A stretch of 33,760 bases of DNA from Acidimicrobiia bacterium (GCA_041577335.1 JBFGJH010000036.1:1-33760), one strand, 5' to 3'; positions 18,228-27,348 are shown, numbered from the stretch's first letter. Numbers and translations are program-made. Notes: generated from the letters alone by a model not told the origin.

Positions 18228-19367
18228 ATGGCGAATTCTCGGCCTACCTCGCTTGTCTTGGTGTTGGTGCTTTTGATGTCCGGATGCGCGGTCGGCACTT
18301 CGGAGCCTTCGTCCCCGGCCGGAGCTCAAGCAACCACCGAGACGAGTGACTCCCCCGTTCCAGGGACCACCACCCCCGCACCGACAGACCCGGGCGCGGA
18401 CGACGTCGCAGGCGGCTTAGTCCAGACGCTCGATCTCTACGACGTTTCGGACCTCGTGAAACAGGTGCGGCCAGGGGTGGTGTCCGTCACCCAAGAACGG
18501 GTTCGTTTGGACTTGTTCGGCGTGCCCGAGGAGGTCCCGGCGGGCGCCGGGACCGGCATCGTCATCGATGAGACGGGACTGGTTCTGACCAACTACCACG
18601 TCGTCCAGGGAGCGGTGCGCGTCATAGTGACCGGCGAAGACGGACAACAGCGGGACGCCACGGTGGTTGCCGAGGCTTCGGCCCGAGACTTGGCACTGCT
18701 CCAGCTCGACGACATCGCCAGCCTCGATCCGCTGCCGTTCGGTAGCCCGGAGGCGCTGGAGGTCGGGGATCCGGTGATCGCCATCGGCAACGCATTGGGG
18801 TTGGACTCCACCGATCCCACGGTGTCTGCTGGGATCGTGTCGGCCAAGGGCCGCACCATAAGGACGCAGCTCGGCACCATGCAAGACCTCATCCAGACCG
18901 ACGCCGCCATCAACCCCGGCAACTCCGGCGGTCCGCTGCTCAACGCGGCCGGCGAGGTGGTGGGCGTCAACACTGCGATCGCCGGCGGTGCTCAGAACAT
19001 CGGGTTCGCCATTTCGGTGGACACCGCCGCCCGCTTCATCGAGCGCTACCGCTTGGGGGTCGGAGAACCGTTTCTCGGCGTTCAGATGGTCGACAACTCG
19101 CCAGCCGCGCAGGCGCGTTTCGATCTCGGGGCCGAATCGGGCGCCTTGGTGATCGACATCGTGCCTGCCGGACCCGCTGACGAAGCCGGGCTGGCTCAGT
19201 GGGACGTCATTGTTCGTTTCGGCGATCTCGTCATCGAGACGTCCGCCGATGCCGCGGCCGCTGTGCTTGACACGGTGCCTGGCGAAGCTGTCGAGATCGA
19301 AGTGGTGCGCGGCCAGGAACGGCTGGTCATCGAGGTGATGATCGGGGAACGCCCCCAGGGCACCTGA
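18228..19367 (+). CDS. HtrA/DegP-like serine protease (trypsin domain plus one PDZ), lipoprotein
   Basis: Lipobox LMSGC; triad motifs TNYHV, DLALL and QTDAAINPGNSGGPL; PDZ motifs FLGV and GPADEAGL..DVI. Confidence 0.93.
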   Translation: MANSRPTSLVLVLVLLMSGCAVGTSEPSSPAGAQATTETSDSPVPGTTTPAPTDPGADDVAGGLVQTLDLYDVSDLVKQVRPGVVSVTQERVRLDLFGVPEEVPAGAGTGIVIDETGLVLTNYHVVQGAVRVIVTGEDGQQRDATVVAEASARDLALLQLDDIASLDPLPFGSPEALEVGDPVIAIGNALGLDSTDPTVSAGIVSAKGRTIRTQLGTMQDLIQTDAAINPGNSGGPLLNAAGEVVGVNTAIAGGAQNIGFAISVDTAARFIERYRLGVGEPFLGVQMVDNSPAAQARFDLGAESGALVIDIVPAGPADEAGLAQWDVIVRFGDLVIETSADAAAAVLDTVPGEAVEIEVVRGQERLVIEVMIGERPQGT

Positions 19368-19524
19368 TGAGGTGTTGCTCGATGACCCCGGCCCCCTTGG
19401 TGTTGTTCGAGAGCGGGACGGCAACGAGGGCTCTGCGACGCTCAGACCATTCGCAGGGACTCGCGCCACCAAGCGGTATCACTCGAGCGCCAGCGGCGAA
19501 GGACGTCATCAAAAGGAGACAACC

Positions 19525-19989
19525 ATGACCACCGACGACAACTCAGGCATCCACAATGATGCACTCGCAGCCAGTCGCGCCGACCGCGACAGGACCTTGG
19601 CTGCCATCCACCGCCTGGAGGCGTCGCTGGCGATGGCTGCCGAAGGGAGCGATTGGCTGGCGGAAGTCACTACGGATTTCGCCGCTCTCGAAGAGGCGAT
19701 GGTCGAGGAACGGCGCGAGTTGAACAGGCCCGATGCGCTCCTGGCGCTGATCGCTGGCGAGCACCCGCGGCGCTTCCGGTCGCGAGTTCGCAATCTGCGC
19801 GAGCAGTACGACGACCTCATCCGCCAAGTGGCTTCGTTGCGAGCACAACTCGACCACGGCGATCACAGCCCCGACGCCGGCGATCTGCGCCAGCGGGCCG
19901 GATGGATCATCGGGGCCCTTCATCATTGCCGGGCCCGCCAGACCGACCTCGTGTACGAGGCCATCGCCATGGACCTCGGCGAGCGCTGA
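19525..19989 (+). CDS. Helical hypothetical protein (possibly hemerythrin-like four-helix bundle)
   Basis: ATG after AAAAGGAG. Amphipathic helices and C-terminal ALHHCRARQTDLVYEA..MDLG. The fold assignment is inference. Confidence 0.7.
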   Translation: MTTDDNSGIHNDALAASRADRDRTLAAIHRLEASLAMAAEGSDWLAEVTTDFAALEEAMVEERRELNRPDALLALIAGEHPRRFRSRVRNLREQYDDLIRQVASLRAQLDHGDHSPDAGDLRQRAGWIIGALHHCRARQTDLVYEAIAMDLGER

Positions 19990-19997
19990 GGTGCACG

Positions 19998-20483
19998 ATG
20001 ACCGGCCCCGATCCGTACGAGGTGCTCGGGATTCGAGCGGACGCCAGCCCCGACGAGATACGCTCTGCCTTCCGGCGAGCTGTCAAGCAACGTCATCCGG
20101 ACACGTCGCGCGATCGGGACGAAGAGGCGATCAGGAGCGTGATCGCCGCCTACCGCCTGCTGGCCTCGCCCGGTCGTCCCGTCGCCGATGACCACCCCGG
20201 GGAGGAATCGCCCGCTCGCCGGCACTCGCAGGCCGTCCCCATACGCCCAGCAGCCTCGGTAGAACCAAAGCGACCGGCCAAAGAGTGGTGTGACGCCTGT
20301 TCGGGGGCCGGGTTGGTGGCGTCGGTCGTCACCTGTCCGACCTGCCGGGGCAGCGCCCACGTCACCACCCTCGAGCCGAAACGAGCGTGGCTGCTCCGGT
20401 GCCGAACCTGTAGAGGGTCGGGTCGGATCCGAGCCCACCGACGATGCGTTCGGTGCGGTGGGTCTGGCGCAGGACGTGTTTGA
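19998..20483 (+). CDS. Short J-domain protein with DnaJ-type zinc finger and no C-terminal substrate-binding domain
   Basis: GAGG then ATG. DPYEVLG..ASPDEIRSAFRR..RHPD, followed by four CxxCxGx(G/A) repeats (CDACSGAG, CPTCRGSA, CRTCRGSG, CVRCGGSG), then stop. Confidence 0.85.
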   Translation: MTGPDPYEVLGIRADASPDEIRSAFRRAVKQRHPDTSRDRDEEAIRSVIAAYRLLASPGRPVADDHPGEESPARRHSQAVPIRPAASVEPKRPAKEWCDACSGAGLVASVVTCPTCRGSAHVTTLEPKRAWLLRCRTCRGSGRIRAHRRCVRCGGSGAGRV

Positions 20484-20636
20484 GTCACGACCCTCTTGCA
20501 GAAGCTTTGCCAAACGCCACTGGCTGATCGATCTCAGTTGGCAATCTACGCCGGAAGGTTCCGCCGGCATCCATGCGGGGACGTTCTCCTGTGCCACCTT
20601 CGGCGCAGTCAAGGCTCTGGCGCCAGCGCCGAACAC

Positions 20637-21767
20637 CTACTGGTCGGTCTGGGCACCAGCGACAGGAGTCGGAGTCGATTGGTCGTCGGTGAAAAGGAAC
20701 TCGAACTCATCGAGCACCGCTTGGGTCGGGTCGTCTTCGAAAGCCACGCCCACGACGAAATAGTCGGAACCCACGCCGAACGTCTCATTCACGCCATTCC
20801 CGCTGACGCGCAGCGCCGATTTGCTGTCGTTGTTGGCGCCCCAGACCACCAAGATGGGCCGTTCTCCCGTCGTGGGATCGTAGGCCGTGATCGAATGGCC
20901 GAACCGGGTGCCGGCCTGCTGGTCTAAGACTCCACTGCTCAGCCACGTATAGCGGCCCGGCAGAACCTGCTTGAACGACGAGAGACCGAGTTCACCGGGT
21001 CGCGACGACGCTCCCGCCACGACAAGAAAGGTGTGGTCATCGACGACGGTGCGAGCAACGACCGAGCCGTCGGGCCAGTCGCTCAGCGCCACTCCGACGA
21101 TGCCGTCTTCTCCGGCTGCGAGTGTCTGTCCCACCACGGTGGAGACCATCATCGGCACGACGATGCCCATCGTCACGACCAGCGGAACGATCCCGTGTAA
21201 GAGCGGTTCGCGTCGGGACATCGAACCCACGGTGTCGAGCAGCTTCCGCCCGCCTTGCCACCGGCCGATCGCGGCAGCGCCGATGACGTAGAGACCGAAA
21301 CCGACCATTGCTCCGGCGGTGTTGAGAATGATGTCGTCGACGTCGACCGCCCGGGCGCGGGTGATGTATTGGGTTCCTTCGATGAGCGCCGAGATGGCGC
21401 CTGCTCGCCACAGCACTGGGAGCGGGGATCGGAGCCGCTGGAACAACACCGGCAGGAGCAAGCCCAGCGGCACGAAGAGAGCGAGGTTGCCGACGATGTT
21501 GTAGATGGCGACGGGGGCCGAGGTGTCGCGGACGAGCTGCAAGATGCTGGCCAATGGGATCCAGTTCGAAGAGCCATGCCAGTCGTAGTAGATGATGATG
21601 AGCGGGAAGAACGTGAGCCGCACGGTCGCGAGGGACCAGCCGAAAAGCGCGGCGACGGCCAGCTCGCGGACGATCGTGAATCCCTGGCGGCGCCACACCA
21701 CCGCTCGCCAGAGGACAAAGACGACGAAAGCGACGAGCAGCACTGGAGCTGCCTCGAGAATGACCAC
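20637..21767 (-). CDS. VanZ-family membrane protein with C-terminal extracytoplasmic domain
   Basis: NWIPLASI, NIVGNLALFVPLGLLLP, SALIEGTQY..RAVDVDDIILNTAGAMVG. GTG 21767 lies 1 bp after the stop of the upstream HTH gene. Confidence 0.85.
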   Translation of the reverse strand: MVILEAAPVLLVAFVVFVLWRAVVWRRQGFTIVRELAVAALFGWSLATVRLTFFPLIIIYYDWHGSSNWIPLASILQLVRDTSAPVAIYNIVGNLALFVPLGLLLPVLFQRLRSPLPVLWRAGAISALIEGTQYITRARAVDVDDIILNTAGAMVGFGLYVIGAAAIGRWQGGRKLLDTVGSMSRREPLLHGIVPLVVTMGIVVPMMVSTVVGQTLAAGEDGIVGVALSDWPDGSVVARTVVDDHTFLVVAGASSRPGELGLSSFKQVLPGRYTWLSSGVLDQQAGTRFGHSITAYDPTTGERPILVVWGANNDSKSALRVSGNGVNETFGVGSDYFVVGVAFEDDPTQAVLDEFEFLFTDDQSTPTPVAGAQTDQ

Positions 21768-21768
21768 G

Positions 21769-22122
21769 TCAGGCCAGCCGTTGCCTGAGCAGGGCAGAGA
21801 TTCGTTGCCGAGTGACTCCGAAGAGATCGCCGATGGCTTCGACGGTGGCGCCTTCGGAGCGGAGGGCTTCAGCCTGTGCGACACGGTACTCCGTGCCGGC
21901 GGTCTTGAGTACCTCCATGTTCGAGCTGAGCAGCTCCACCATCCTCGGTTGTTCCTCGTTGTGGATAACGTCGTGGGCCGAGGCACCGTCGAGCAGTTGA
22001 GCCCGCATCACCGACGAACGCGCCTGGATCTCGAGGCTCCGCCGCGCGTTCTCGGCTGCGGTGCGTTCGAGGTCTTCGAGAGCGGCGATGAGCCGGCCGG
22101 ATGATGCTTTGCTGCTGAGCAT
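21769..22122 (-). CDS. Small helix-turn-helix DNA-binding protein
   Basis: Helical N-terminus and C-terminal HTH ALRSEGATVEAIGDLFGVTRQRISALL. Confidence 0.8.
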   Translation of the reverse strand: MLSSKASSGRLIAALEDLERTAAENARRSLEIQARSSVMRAQLLDGASAHDVIHNEEQPRMVELLSSNMEVLKTAGTEYRVAQAEALRSEGATVEAIGDLFGVTRQRISALLRQRLA

Positions 22123-22128
22123 CCGGCA

Positions 22129-22191
22129 ATTCAACACTCAACGCGAGTACTTGTCAATAATTATTGCCGCAATATATGGTGACAAATGTCA
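22129..22191 (-). promoter_or_regulatory. Sigma70-type leaderless promoter with palindromic operator candidates
   Basis: Minus strand TTGACA (22157-22152)-17 bp-TTGAAT (22134-22129)-6 nt-ATG. Perfect palindrome CAATAATTATTG (22155-22166) overlaps the -35. TGACA-AA-TGTCA at 22180-22191. Confidence 0.65.
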
Positions 22192-22335
22192 TACGGCAGC
22201 CAGGATGCTTGCCCACAGCGGCCGGCGATCTGACGAGAAGTGTTTGACAATGCCGGGAGCCCGGGGCCGGCATCGTCGTCGAGTGCGCACGCGGAGCTTG
22301 CCGCTGCGTGCACACTCGACGGGCGGGTGCGGCGC

Positions 22336-22587
22336 CTAGGAGTGTTCTGTCACTGCATAGATTTCGTCTGCGACCATTCCGTGCGCTTCCCGATGAACCG
22401 AAATCGCGTCTTCCGCAGTGCTCGCCTCCACGAGACAGAACAGCTTGCCGTCGGATTCGTCGACCCAGTAGCGGAGATACTTGACGCCAAACTTGTCCTG
22501 GGTTTCGAGATCCTTCTGGTGCGCGGCGGCGACGGCCTCTGCTGAGACTCCACCCTCGACTTTGTGGGTATCCATGAATAATGGCAA
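22336..22587 (-). CDS. DUF4242 / SCO4226-family nickel-binding protein
   Basis: TTG after GGAGG; PLFMDTH...AAAHQKDL..QDKFGVKYLRYWVDE..GKLFCLVEA...VHREAHG.VADEIY. Confidence 0.9.
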   Translation of the reverse strand: MPLFMDTHKVEGGVSAEAVAAAHQKDLETQDKFGVKYLRYWVDESDGKLFCLVEASTAEDAISVHREAHGMVADEIYAVTEHS

Positions 22588-22829
22588 TTCAGTACCTCCC
22601 GGTCTGATTGTTGTTCGTTCGGTGGCGGCAGAAACCTGCTGGCCCTGCCTTCGATCGCCATACATGACCCAAACTGGGCACACAACGCATCGGCGCATGC
22701 GGCGCCAACGTCTCCTCTCACGTCGCCGTAAAGCCAACGTAACCCCGGCCAGACTGATGGAATAGTCCTAATAACGGACCACGTGGACGATCATCGGCCG
22801 CGCGGTCGACCGGATTCGGCAATACTCGG

Positions 22830-23507
22830 ATGATGGACACATACGGCCAGTACTGCCCGGTCGCCAAAGCTGCGGAGGTACTTGGAGACAGATGGACGCT
22901 GCTCATTCTGCGTGACATGCACACTGGCGCAGTCAGGTTCAATGATCTCCATCGGGGGTTGCCGGGCATCTCCCGGTCAGTCCTCACCCATCGGCTGCGC
23001 AAGCTGGAGCGGGATGGCCTCGTGATCCGGGTCGTCGATCGACGTGGTCGGACTGAGCGGTATGACCTCTCCCCTGCCGGTCAGGATTTGCCGCTCGTGC
23101 TCACGTCGATGACGAACTGGGTCAATCGATGGGTGATGGAGGATCCGACTCCCGTGGAGATGGACCCCCGTCTGCTCATGCTGTGGTTCACCCGGATAGC
23201 GGATCTTTCCAGCTTGGGTGACCGGCGATTCGTTGCCGAATTCGATCTGGCTGGACCCCAGGCGTGTCGGTCTTGGGTCGTGCGTGAGCATCAGGAGACA
23301 TCGCTGTGCTTCGACGATCCTTTGATCTCCATCGACCTCGTGATCCGTGCGGACACCGGACTGCTCTATCAGATATTCATGAAACGGATTTCGCTTCGCA
23401 CCGCTCTGGCCGACGATTCTGTAGAAGTCAACGGGGATTCGGCCACGGCTGCCGGATTCCTGAAGATCGTGGAGAGCATGGCACTGCCGTATCTCGTCGA
23501 GATGTAG
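22830..23507 (+). CDS. HxlR-family winged-helix regulator with C-terminal SCP2-like domain
   Basis: YGQYCPVAKAAEVLGDRWTLLILRD, RFNDLHRGLPGISRSVLTHRLRKLE, YDLSPAG; C-terminal ...VEVNGD. Confidence 0.9.
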   Translation: MMDTYGQYCPVAKAAEVLGDRWTLLILRDMHTGAVRFNDLHRGLPGISRSVLTHRLRKLERDGLVIRVVDRRGRTERYDLSPAGQDLPLVLTSMTNWVNRWVMEDPTPVEMDPRLLMLWFTRIADLSSLGDRRFVAEFDLAGPQACRSWVVREHQETSLCFDDPLISIDLVIRADTGLLYQIFMKRISLRTALADDSVEVNGDSATAAGFLKIVESMALPYLVEM

Positions 23508-23779
23508 CTCTCGGGGCGGTCGTTCAACCCAGCAAAGCGTTTCCGTGGCCGCTGGTTCACATGCCGGCCTGGGAAGGCGTTGCGCTCAGCGCTCGAGCGG
23601 TGATCGTCCCCGACATCTCGCCTCCCCCAATTGTGCAATTGCCACCTGCCCGTGCGCGACACTCTGGTATGCCCGGTTCAGATCCTCTCGAGCACTCATG
23701 GTCCCTCGCCTCCGATAGCAGCCGCCTCGATCAGTCGTTCGGTACAGATGACGTGCTTCCGCTCTGGATTGCGGAACCG

Positions 23780-23917
23780 TTGATCCAGGGCAAGAAGCGT
23801 GGTCGTTGGGTTGACTATTCGTTGACCCCAGCGGCTGCGCGCCTCGTTGCCGGAAGGGTTGAAGCCGTGATGCCGCGCCGTCTCAGACACAACAGCGCTC
23901 CCCGAGGAGCGACGTGA
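23780..23917 (+). pseudogene. arsR: C-terminal remnant of an ArsR/SmtB regulator
   Basis: LIQGKKRGRWVDYSL matches the ArsR wing (GL+..ERRG.WVYY.L). No HTH upstream. It lies directly before an acr3 relic. Confidence 0.6.
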
Positions 23918-23948
23918 TCACCGAACTGATCCGCCGGCGCCCAGTGCA

Positions 23949-24200
23949 ATGACCAGTCCCGTTACGGCGGAAGACAGCCGCGTCATCAATCAGCTCTCGA
24001 CCCGCGACCGCTTCCTGCCGGTCTGGATACTCACGGCCATGGCGGGCGGCCTCCTGCTGGGAAGGGTGTTCGATGGCTTTAACGACACGCTGGACACCGT
24101 TCAAGATCGACACCGTCTCGCTCCCGATCGCGATCGGTTGTTGGCGATGATGTACCCCGTGCTCGCCAAGGTGAAGTACTCGGCGCTCGGGGACTCATCG
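23949..24200 (+). pseudogene. acr3: Truncated, frameshifted ACR3-family arsenite efflux transporter
   Basis: LSTRDRFLPVWILTAMAGGLLLGR, then (shifted frame) KIDTVSLPIAIG, then back to LLAMMYPVLAKVKY. Similarity ends at about 24200. Confidence 0.85.
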
Positions 24201-24568
24201 CTCTCGTCTACGTCGCGCTCTGGGCACAGCGGCGCTTCTATACGCCTGAAGGTGCGGAGAGCGGTTCGCAACCAGGCGGCTGATGGCTCGCGTTGCCCGC
24301 CGGGGAATGGTGGCGGTGTGGGGCTCGATCGACCGATCTGAGCGCTAGGTGGAGAGATGGGTCACCACCGAAGTCAGGGTTGGACGCTCGGCGATTCGTT
24401 GTCCGACCAGTGCGTGTTGGCAAGGCGGCCAGGGTCGCCACGTGGGACGGAACGCCGCGATCTCGAAGGCCGGTCGGGATCTGTGGGCACGCTCATGCCG
24501 CCAACCACGGTCATTGTGCCTATGCCTGCCTCGCGCAACCAGATGTCTTCGTCGGTACGACCCGGGAT

Positions 24569-25003
24569 TCATCGAGGCGGCCGGCCAGTTGGATCCAGTT
24601 GGGAGCGCAGGGCCTCGGAGTAGGCAAAGGCCCGTTCCAATCCGATAGCGAGATTGGCCGCGAGGAGCATCGAGAATCCCAAGATCAGGAAGAGCCCTGT
24701 CTTCGTGAACACGTACAGCGCCAGCAGCACTATCGCCGGGGCGACGCGCCATCGCGCTGTCCGCAGCACGGTGTCGCCGGTGCGGGTGACCCAGCCCCAC
24801 TGCAGTCCGAGCAACACCGTCAACAGACCAACGTACCGGAGCAGGTCCACCTCCCACGCCTGAGTGGCCACCACGGTCAGGACTGGCCGGGGTCCAAACA
24901 ACAGTGTCAAGCCCACCGCCATTTCGAGGCCTGGCGTGCGCCGGATCGTGACGTCCATGACGCTATTCAACCCGAAGGCAAACACGGCTGCCTTGAATCC
25001 CAC
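24569..25003 (-). CDS. Hypothetical membrane protein, possibly a 5'-decayed fragment
   Basis: Several hydrophobic segments; no clear RBS; in-frame TGA two codons upstream of the GTG. Confidence 0.4.
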   Translation of the reverse strand: MGFKAAVFAFGLNSVMDVTIRRTPGLEMAVGLTLLFGPRPVLTVVATQAWEVDLLRYVGLLTVLLGLQWGWVTRTGDTVLRTARWRVAPAIVLLALYVFTKTGLFLILGFSMLLAANLAIGLERAFAYSEALRSQLDPTGRPPR

Positions 25004-25149
25004 GAGTCATCATCACCGGCCAGGTCGGATGGTCGCGGGCGAGGTGTCGAGGCGGACATTACCGGCTCGCTGCCGAATACCCTTCCGCTCTCAGGGTGGG
25101 TGACGCACCATGACCAGTGTCGGCCGCGCTATTCGACAAGGAGCAGGCG

Positions 25150-25932
25150 ATGGGTAAGCGACTGGACAATGCCAAAGCGCTGTACATGGAAGGTATCCGC
25201 GACGGGAACTACGTCGATGCGATCAACAAGTACACAGGAGACCGCTACACCCAGCACTCCACACCGGTGAAGGACGGCAGGGAGGGCTTCATTGAGTTCT
25301 TCGCCGATTTCATCGAGCGCAACCCGCAACGGGACATCGAAATCGTGCGCGGCTTCGAGGATGGGCAGTACGTGTTCATCCACGCGGTGCAGAATCTCAA
25401 CAACGGGGAGTCACGGTGGGTTACCGCCGACATCTTCGACACCGACGACGAGGGCCGGATGATCGAGCACTGGGACATCATTGCCGAGTGGTTCGACGAG
25501 ACCGTGTCGGGTCACACTCAGGTCGACGGTCCCACCGAACCCACCGATCTCGACAAGACCGATGAGAACAAGGCCCTGGTGACCGGGTTCGTAACCGACG
25601 CACTCATCAACGGCGAACTCGACAAGCTGACCGACTACATCTCGACCGAGAGCTACATCCAACACAACCCCCAAGTCGGAGACGGCCTCGACGGGCTCGG
25701 TGCCTTCGTCGCGTCACTTGCGGAGCAAGGCCTCTCCATGAAATACGAGAAGATCCACAAGGTCGTCGGCTCCGGCAACTTCGTCGCCATCCTGTCGAAG
25801 GTGGACTTCGCCGGCGCCGACATGGCGGTCATCGACCTCTTCCGAGTCGACGACGGGCGCATCGTCGAACACTGGGACGTCATGGAAGAGATCCTTCCCG
25901 AAGACCAGTGGGTCAACACCGGCAAGTTCTAG
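25150..25932 (+). CDS. Tandem SnoaL-like/NTF2 domain protein
   Basis: AAGGAG RBS. Two internal repeats: YTQHSTPVKDG...MIEHWD and YIQHNPQVGDG...DLFRVDDGRIVEHWDV. Confidence 0.9.
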   Translation: MGKRLDNAKALYMEGIRDGNYVDAINKYTGDRYTQHSTPVKDGREGFIEFFADFIERNPQRDIEIVRGFEDGQYVFIHAVQNLNNGESRWVTADIFDTDDEGRMIEHWDIIAEWFDETVSGHTQVDGPTEPTDLDKTDENKALVTGFVTDALINGELDKLTDYISTESYIQHNPQVGDGLDGLGAFVASLAEQGLSMKYEKIHKVVGSGNFVAILSKVDFAGADMAVIDLFRVDDGRIVEHWDVMEEILPEDQWVNTGKF

Positions 25933-26163
25933 GGCCGTCCCGAAGCGAGCAATCACACCGGCGTGCTGCTCCGCCGGGTGAGCCCTAGGACTCGCAACAC
26001 GCTCTCGATCACCTCCGACGACTCCGCATCTGATCCGAACTCTCAGCACAGCGGGTCGTCCTGCCGCCGAGAGTGCCTTGCAGGGCTGTTGAACGCACGC
26101 ACAACGCGCCTCTCTGACATGCCGCACCTCTCAGCGCCGCCTCGAAGTTACCGGTGAACGTGT

Positions 26164-26853
26164 TCACAGATTCGGTGGTCGGTGGTCACGCGCACTTCTG
26201 CTCGGCGGCGGCGAAAGCGATGGCTCGGCCACTCGGCGTCGAAACAGGTAGGCAAACGGCGATCTCGTGTAGGCGATACCGCGGCCGCTGTGGTGGACCA
26301 AGTCCGGCGTGATCGTCGTCGGTCGTTTCGGAATCAGGTAGCTGTCCAGATCGCGCTCGGTGATCGTGTATTTGCCCGACCTGGCGCTGACCACGGCGGC
26401 GAGGGAGTACTCCGGATTGATCGAGGCCATCGCCACATCACCATGGCTGGGGTTGACGAGCAGCCACCCTTCCGGCCGGAGGTATCGGGTGCAATGCTCG
26501 GAGACGAAACCGGCGTAGAGAGAGACCAGGAGGCCAACCGACCGATCGGCCACGTCGAGCTCAGTCCGGTAGTCGGCGCTGATGAATCGCCAAGTAGAGG
26601 CGGTCGGGCGGAGCCGGTGGTGGTCGATGATGTCGTCCACGCCCGCCTCGTCGGCGAAGAATCGGGCTGCCTGACGGTCGCTGTCGACGTAGGTCACATC
26701 ATTGAATGCGAACGACGCGGCGACGTCGACGAACGATCCCGGATACAGAACAGGGGTGTCGCCAGTGAAGTCGCCGACCGCTCCGAAGAGCCGCAAACGG
26801 TCACCCGGATGACGATCCTGCTGCTCCCAAAGACGTCGTGTCGTGCCTTTCAT
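26164..26853 (-). CDS. Hypothetical protein, possible class I SAM-dependent methyltransferase-like fold
   Basis: VLYPGSFVD, VTYVDSD, FISADY, LLVSLYAG, YLRPEGWLLVN appear in Rossmann methyltransferase motif order. CATCCT lies 7 nt before the ATG. Confidence 0.65.
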   Translation of the reverse strand: MKGTTRRLWEQQDRHPGDRLRLFGAVGDFTGDTPVLYPGSFVDVAASFAFNDVTYVDSDRQAARFFADEAGVDDIIDHHRLRPTASTWRFISADYRTELDVADRSVGLLVSLYAGFVSEHCTRYLRPEGWLLVNPSHGDVAMASINPEYSLAAVVSARSGKYTITERDLDSYLIPKRPTTITPDLVHHSGRGIAYTRSPFAYLFRRRVAEPSLSPPPSRSARDHRPPNL

Positions 26854-27232
26854 CGCCTGCAGGATGCCACGACATTCGTCAACGATCCCGACCCGGCCTC
26901 AAAGCTCTCGGACGTCGACCGGCAAAGAGAACTCCGTCTTAGACCGGATTCGACCGGTGGGCGCTTGGTTCGGCGTCGAGGCCATTCGCGTCTATCCGGC
27001 GGCTCCCGGCGTGCCGAATTGGCCGATGGGGCAGCCGGTGGGCGTGGGCTGACGGGGCGCGGCGGACGGTATCGAACGAATGATGCAAATAGCTGGCTCT
27101 CAGAATAGGACATTAGACCCTGGTCCATACCTCGTGCAGAGACGATGGTGGGGCCAACGACCCGGGGAGTTGGCTTGTCATCGTCCCCGTCCGCGGTGTG
27201 GATCGTTTGGTGGGGGTTTTGGCAGCCTTCGA

Positions 27233-27252
27233 CCCGCATCGCAGGATGCGGG
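27233..27252. promoter_or_regulatory. Inverted repeat upstream of the ABC transporter operon
   Basis: CCCGCATC-GCAG-GATGCGGG, perfect 8-bp arms, about 100 bp before GTG 27349. Confidence 0.45.
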
Positions 27253-27348
27253 AGCCCCCCAGACCGTTGAGGGTGAGGTTGCAATGAGTGAGGCCCGGAG
27301 CGACCACCGATCCCAGTCGACAACGGAGACGCCAGATCGGAGGCAACT

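Noticed and set aside
19653..19997. N-terminal extension of the J-domain ORF
   Set aside because: Out-of-frame overlap with the upstream gene; the J-domain starts at ATG 19998 after GAGG.
23306..23779. 203-aa ORF as an intact gene
   Set aside because: It overlaps the HxlR gene, and only its last ~45 codons resemble ArsR.
24293..25270. 325-aa plus-strand ORF
   Set aside because: Arg/Pro-rich shadow frame with no motifs, overlapping better-supported ORFs.
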